A stretch of 32,000 nt of DNA, taken from positions 120,001 through 152,000 of the forward strand of contig NZ_CP026606.1 in NCBI RefSeq assembly GCF_002945325.1, written 5' to 3'. Source of the stretch: Methanococcus maripaludis (GTDB taxonomy: Archaea > AGJL01 > Methanococci > Methanococcales > Methanococcaceae). Positions 28,441 to 32,000 of this stretch are shown piece after piece (position 1 is the stretch's first letter; the number at the start of each line of letters is the position of its first letter). The translations under genes and the position numbers were made by a program. The notes under the pieces are model-generated. The model had not been told where the DNA came from, made no database searches, and saw only the letters and a program-made list of their open reading frames with translations.

Positions 28441-29109
28441 TTAATGTCTTTCGTTTAATTTAAGCTTTTTAACTTTCCATTCAGGCATTAATTCGGTTAA
28501 ATAATTATAAAAATCCTTACTGTGGTTTGGATATCTTAAATGGGCCAGTTCATGAAACACGACATATTCAATACAGTCTTTTGATTTTTCGATTAATCTT
28601 TCATTTAGTATAATTTTATTTTTATGAAAACTGCAAGATCCCCATCTTTTTTTCATTTTCCTAACTGCAAAATCAGGCATTTTTTCTGTAACTATCTTAT
28701 AATTATCCTTAAAAATTTCAAAAAGTTCAAGTTCTGCACTTTTTCGGTAAAATTTTTCAATTATTTTTTTCTTTTTTTCAAAATCATCAGGTTCTAAAAT
28801 ATGAAGATTAAAAAAATTATCTGAAATTTCTAAATACTCCTTTTTTGAAGAATATACTTTTAAAATATATTCATTTCCTAAATATTTGAATAATTCTCCA
28901 TCAATATACTTTTTTGCAACTGATTTTGAATTTAGCGATTCAAAATTCTCCAGATGCTTTTTTATCCAACTTTCTTTTTTCTTTATAAACGAATTAATGT
29001 ATTCATCAGAAACGTGAACTGGCGCTTTTACTACAACCGAACAGTCGGGATTTACAACCAGATACATGTTTTTGATTTTTTTACGGATGATTTTAACGTT
29101 TTCTACCAT
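28441..29109 (-). CDS. YgjP/SprT-like zinc metallopeptidase (M48-related)
   Basis: HExxH motif in 'DCIEYVVFHELAHLRYPNHSKDFYNYLTELMPEW'; 'RKMKKRWGSCSFHKNKIILNERL'. Confidence 0.9.
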   Translation of the reverse strand: MVENVKIIRKKIKNMYLVVNPDCSVVVKAPVHVSDEYINSFIKKKESWIKKHLENFESLNSKSVAKKYIDGELFKYLGNEYILKVYSSKKEYLEISDNFFNLHILEPDDFEKKKKIIEKFYRKSAELELFEIFKDNYKIVTEKMPDFAVRKMKKRWGSCSFHKNKIILNERLIEKSKDCIEYVVFHELAHLRYPNHSKDFYNYLTELMPEWKVKKLKLNERH

Positions 29110-29137
29110 GATATTGCCATTCGAGTTAAAAAATAAG

Positions 29138-29329
29138 TTATTTCTTGGATTTTTTAAGTTTTATTTGAAGTATAATTCCGATTACTAAAAATACAATTCC
29201 CAAATCTTTTAAAATGGTATAAATTATGCTTAACTCGCCAGTCTCGGATTTTAAGAATATTCCAAACAATATTGCGGATAAAAAGAATATAAATGCGGTT
29301 AAATATGATTTAAATGGAGTGATTTTCAA
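29138..29329 (-). CDS. Small predicted membrane protein
   Basis: 63 aa with two TM segments. Confidence 0.4.
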   Translation of the reverse strand: MKITPFKSYLTAFIFFLSAILFGIFLKSETGELSIIYTILKDLGIVFLVIGIILQIKLKKSKK

Positions 29330-29461
29330 AATATCGCCTCATTTTACGAATAATATATTTTAATCTGGAATTTATAAAAATCTTTTGAAATTATAACGTA
29401 TTGGGAAAATTATTTTTAATTCAAATATATAATGTGTTTAAAATAAATCTGCGTGAAAAAA

Positions 29462-30067
29462 ATGTCTAAAATATATGCTGTTCGAAAAGGGCGGAAAACT
29501 GGATTATTTGATACCTGGGCCGAATGTGAAAATCAAGTTAAAGGATTTTCTGGAGCCGAATTTAAAAGTTTTACATCTAAAATAGATGCAGAAGCTTATT
29601 TAAATTTAAAATCAGAGCAAAGGCAAAATAATATAAAATCAGACGAATTTAAAAAAGATGTAATGCATGCATGGGTTGATGGAAGTTTTAATTTAAAAAA
29701 TAAAGAATACGGAGCAGGCGCTTTAATAATATTTAATGGAATTAAAAAAGAAATTAAAGCTAAGGGAAATGATACGGAATTATCAAAAATGAGAAACGTT
29801 GCAGGCGAAATTTTAGCATCAGAACTTGCAATGGAATACGCAGTTTCTAAAAACGTGAAAAACTTGGTAATATATCACGATTATCTTGGAATTGAAAAGT
29901 GGTGTACTGGGGAATGGAAAACAAATAAATCTGGAACGATTGAATATAAAGAAAAATGTAAAAATTACTTAAAAAAATTAAATATTGAATTTGTAAAAGT
30001 TAAGGCGCATTCGGGAGATAAAAATAACGAAATTGCAGATAAGTTGGCAAAAGAATCACTTTTGTAA
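29462..30067 (+). CDS. rnhA: Ribonuclease HI with N-terminal viroplasmin-like (RNase H1 HBD) domain
   Basis: N-terminal 'KIYAVRKGRKTGLFDTWAECENQVKGFSGAEFKSFTSKIDAEAYL', then RNase H 'AWVDGSFN...ILASELAMEYAV...VIYHDYLGIEKW...KVKAHSGDKNNEIADKLA'. Confidence 0.93.
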   Translation: MSKIYAVRKGRKTGLFDTWAECENQVKGFSGAEFKSFTSKIDAEAYLNLKSEQRQNNIKSDEFKKDVMHAWVDGSFNLKNKEYGAGALIIFNGIKKEIKAKGNDTELSKMRNVAGEILASELAMEYAVSKNVKNLVIYHDYLGIEKWCTGEWKTNKSGTIEYKEKCKNYLKKLNIEFVKVKAHSGDKNNEIADKLAKESLL

Positions 30068-30081
30068 AAAAATAAAATAAT

Positions 30082-31263
30082 TTAAATCATTTCAACAAAG
30101 GCTTCAAGTCTCGTTTTTATCTGTTCTTTATCACTTTCTGAATAGTCTGTTTCTATTCTAATTATTGGAATTCCTAAATTTTTGAGTTCTTTTTCAATTA
30201 ATGCACCTTCAACATTAAATGTGTGGCAGTATTGTAATGTATAATAAACAACACCATCTGCATTTTGTTCCTTTACAAGTTCTTTAATTCTTTCAATTCT
30301 GCTATCATTTTTAAATGCAGATGCACAGTTGATTTTAAAGTATCTTTCTGCAAGGTCATCAATTGTGTATCCTTTAACCAAATTATCAAATTTTCTGGTT
30401 CCAGTACATGTTTCTTCACCGACTACAAGTCCGCCGACTTCTTCGATAATGTCCACAATTTTGGTATTTCCTGCAACCATCGGGCATCCTGCAACCAGAA
30501 TTCTTTTTCCAGCGTATCCTTCACCGTTTTTAACCCGTTCTTCGAGTTCAGATATTACTTCTTTCAAAATTGCGAGTCTATCTTTTATATCGAGTAAAAA
30601 TGACCTTTGAAATATTTTTAATGCATCAGTTCCAGTTATTGGCGTTGGGATTTTGGATCTTAATTCATAAAGCTTGTGGGATAATATTCTTTCTTCATTT
30701 TCTTCATCAATTGCTTCTTTTAATTTTTCTTCAGTAATCTTGTTTCCAGTAAATTTTTCCACGTAATCTTTGAAGTCGTAAACTTCTTTGAGCCATAATT
30801 TATATGACCTTTCATCTTTAAAGTGTGGAAGATGCATAACATACATTTCTGACAGTTTTGCCATGTGTTCAAACATCTTTTTCTTTCCATCGCACGTTGT
30901 TTCTCCAACAATAACATCTGAAGCTTCAAAGTAAGGGCAGGCTTTATCTTTTTTAAATCCGTATGAAGATTTAATCAGCGGACAGATACTTCTTGGCAGA
31001 TCTTCTTCTGCTGATGGAATGGTTGACTCTTTTCCACCACAAAGTCCGACAGGAATTGCATCAGCAGCACATATAATTTCAGTAGGCACGAATACACAAA
31101 ATCTACCAAATACTTTTTTTCCTTCGTCTTTTTCTCGATATAATTCCTCTTTTCTTTTTGAAAAAATTTCATCGAGTTTTTTGATACTTTTTAATTCGTC
31201 CAAAGTTTCACCGATTTTATAGTTTAAACTATCTTCTAAGATATTATTTAAATTATTTTTCAT
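30082..31263 (-). CDS. 2-hydroxyacyl-CoA dehydratase D-component family / double-cubane-type Fe-S protein
   Basis: '[19 protein letters not shown]', '[29 protein letters not shown]', '[32 protein letters not shown]', '[14 protein letters not shown]', '[23 protein letters not shown]'. Start at internal ATG 31263 ([11 protein letters not shown]). Confidence 0.87.
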   Translation of the reverse strand: MKNNLNNILEDSLNYKIGETLDELKSIKKLDEIFSKRKEELYREKDEGKKVFGRFCVFVPTEIICAADAIPVGLCGGKESTIPSAEEDLPRSICPLIKSSYGFKKDKACPYFEASDVIVGETTCDGKKKMFEHMAKLSEMYVMHLPHFKDERSYKLWLKEVYDFKDYVEKFTGNKITEEKLKEAIDEENEERILSHKLYELRSKIPTPITGTDALKIFQRSFLLDIKDRLAILKEVISELEERVKNGEGYAGKRILVAGCPMVAGNTKIVDIIEEVGGLVVGEETCTGTRKFDNLVKGYTIDDLAERYFKINCASAFKNDSRIERIKELVKEQNADGVVYYTLQYCHTFNVEGALIEKELKNLGIPIIRIETDYSESDKEQIKTRLEAFVEMI

Positions 31264-31423
31264 TATTTGTTGTGTTTGATATCCATTAGAATATCTATTA
31301 AATATATAATAACTACTAAAATCTAATACCATTATCAATATATATCGGTAATTAAATAATCCAATGAAGGTCTTAAGTTTTAAGATACCTGAAATTAAAC
31401 AATAACTATTTTTGAGGTCATAC

Positions 31424-32000
31424 ATGTTATCAAAGGACAACATCGGCAAAATGATGAAATACCGGTGGGTAATCTTTGCAGTTCTTGCGTTAGTTTACTT
31501 CTTCGTGTACTTTCACAGGGTATCTCCTGCAGTTATGGCTGGAGATCTTATGACAACGTTTGGAGTAGGGGCAACTTCAATGGGTCTACTCGGATCAGTT
31601 TATTTTTATGCATATGCATTAATGCAGATTCCTTCAGGGATAATGTCTGATAAATTCGGACCTAGAAGGGTCGTTGCTGTTTTTACACTTGTTGCAGCAG
31701 CAGGTGCAATTCTTACAGGTATTGCAACTGATTTTAACATGGTTATATTAGGAAGGCTTTTAATCGGTGTTGGTGTAGCTGCAGTATACATCCCGATAAT
31801 GAAAATGCTTTCAATCTGGTTTAGAAAAAACGAATTTGCTACTCAAAGTGGCGTTATGCTTGCAGTAGGAAACATTGGGGCATTATCCGCAGCAGCACCA
31901 CTTGCTTACCTTAATACATCATTAGGTTGGCAGACTGTATTCATGGGACTTGGTGTAGCATCAGTCGCTCTTGCAATTCTTTCATATATTGTTATTAGGG
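31424..32000 (+). CDS. Major facilitator superfamily transporter (3' end off window)
   Basis: ATG 31424 opens [43 protein letters not shown]... with '[15 protein letters not shown]' MFS motif; SD-like GAGGT upstream. Confidence 0.88.
   Translation, partial: MLSKDNIGKMMKYRWVIFAVLALVYFFVYFHRVSPAVMAGDLMTTFGVGATSMGLLGSVYFYAYALMQIPSGIMSDKFGPRRVVAVFTLVAAAGAILTGIATDFNMVILGRLLIGVGVAAVYIPIMKMLSIWFRKNEFATQSGVMLAVGNIGALSAAAPLAYLNTSLGWQTVFMGLGVASVALAILSYIVIR

Overview
The window looks like chromosome from a low-GC mesophilic Methanococcus, close to M. maripaludis. This is inferred from gene content and the nif promoter, since no database search was possible. From left to right it contains: the 5' part of a leftward right-handed beta-helix (NosD-like) secreted repeat protein that runs off the left edge; a glycine-betaine/proline-type ABC transporter operon (ATPase with CBS domains, permease, lipoprotein binding protein); bioA; a leftward block with a cation/H+ antiporter, a CBS-domain protein, and the beta-lysine genes ablB and ablA/kamA; a complete archaeal nif operon (nifH-nifI1-nifI2-nifD-nifK-nifE-nifN-nifX, leftward) with two GGAA-N6-TTCC NrpR-type operators; a PNPOx-like protein and a Cys-rich (DUF1847-like) protein; an APC permease; a LysE exporter; msrA; a ClpP/SppA-like membrane protease; several small or unknown membrane proteins including a Bax-inhibitor-1-like one; a TetR regulator with an unknown partner; a YgjP-like metallopeptidase; an RNase HI with an N-terminal viroplasmin-like domain; a 2-hydroxyacyl-CoA dehydratase-family Fe-S protein; and the start of an MFS transporter. 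The most notable unexplained signals are: (1) a shared GGGGTATCCCA motif upstream of both osmolyte operons; (2) a 567-bp intergenic region between nifX and kamA with several inverted repeats, a possible ncRNA or regulatory locus; (3) paired ATTAGATCTAAT-type palindromes and a dense GATC/GC-rich patch upstream of tetR; (4) a perfect 14-nt palindrome upstream of a small membrane protein gene. I found no CRISPR array, rRNA, tRNA or transposase, and no clearly new multi-gene system.
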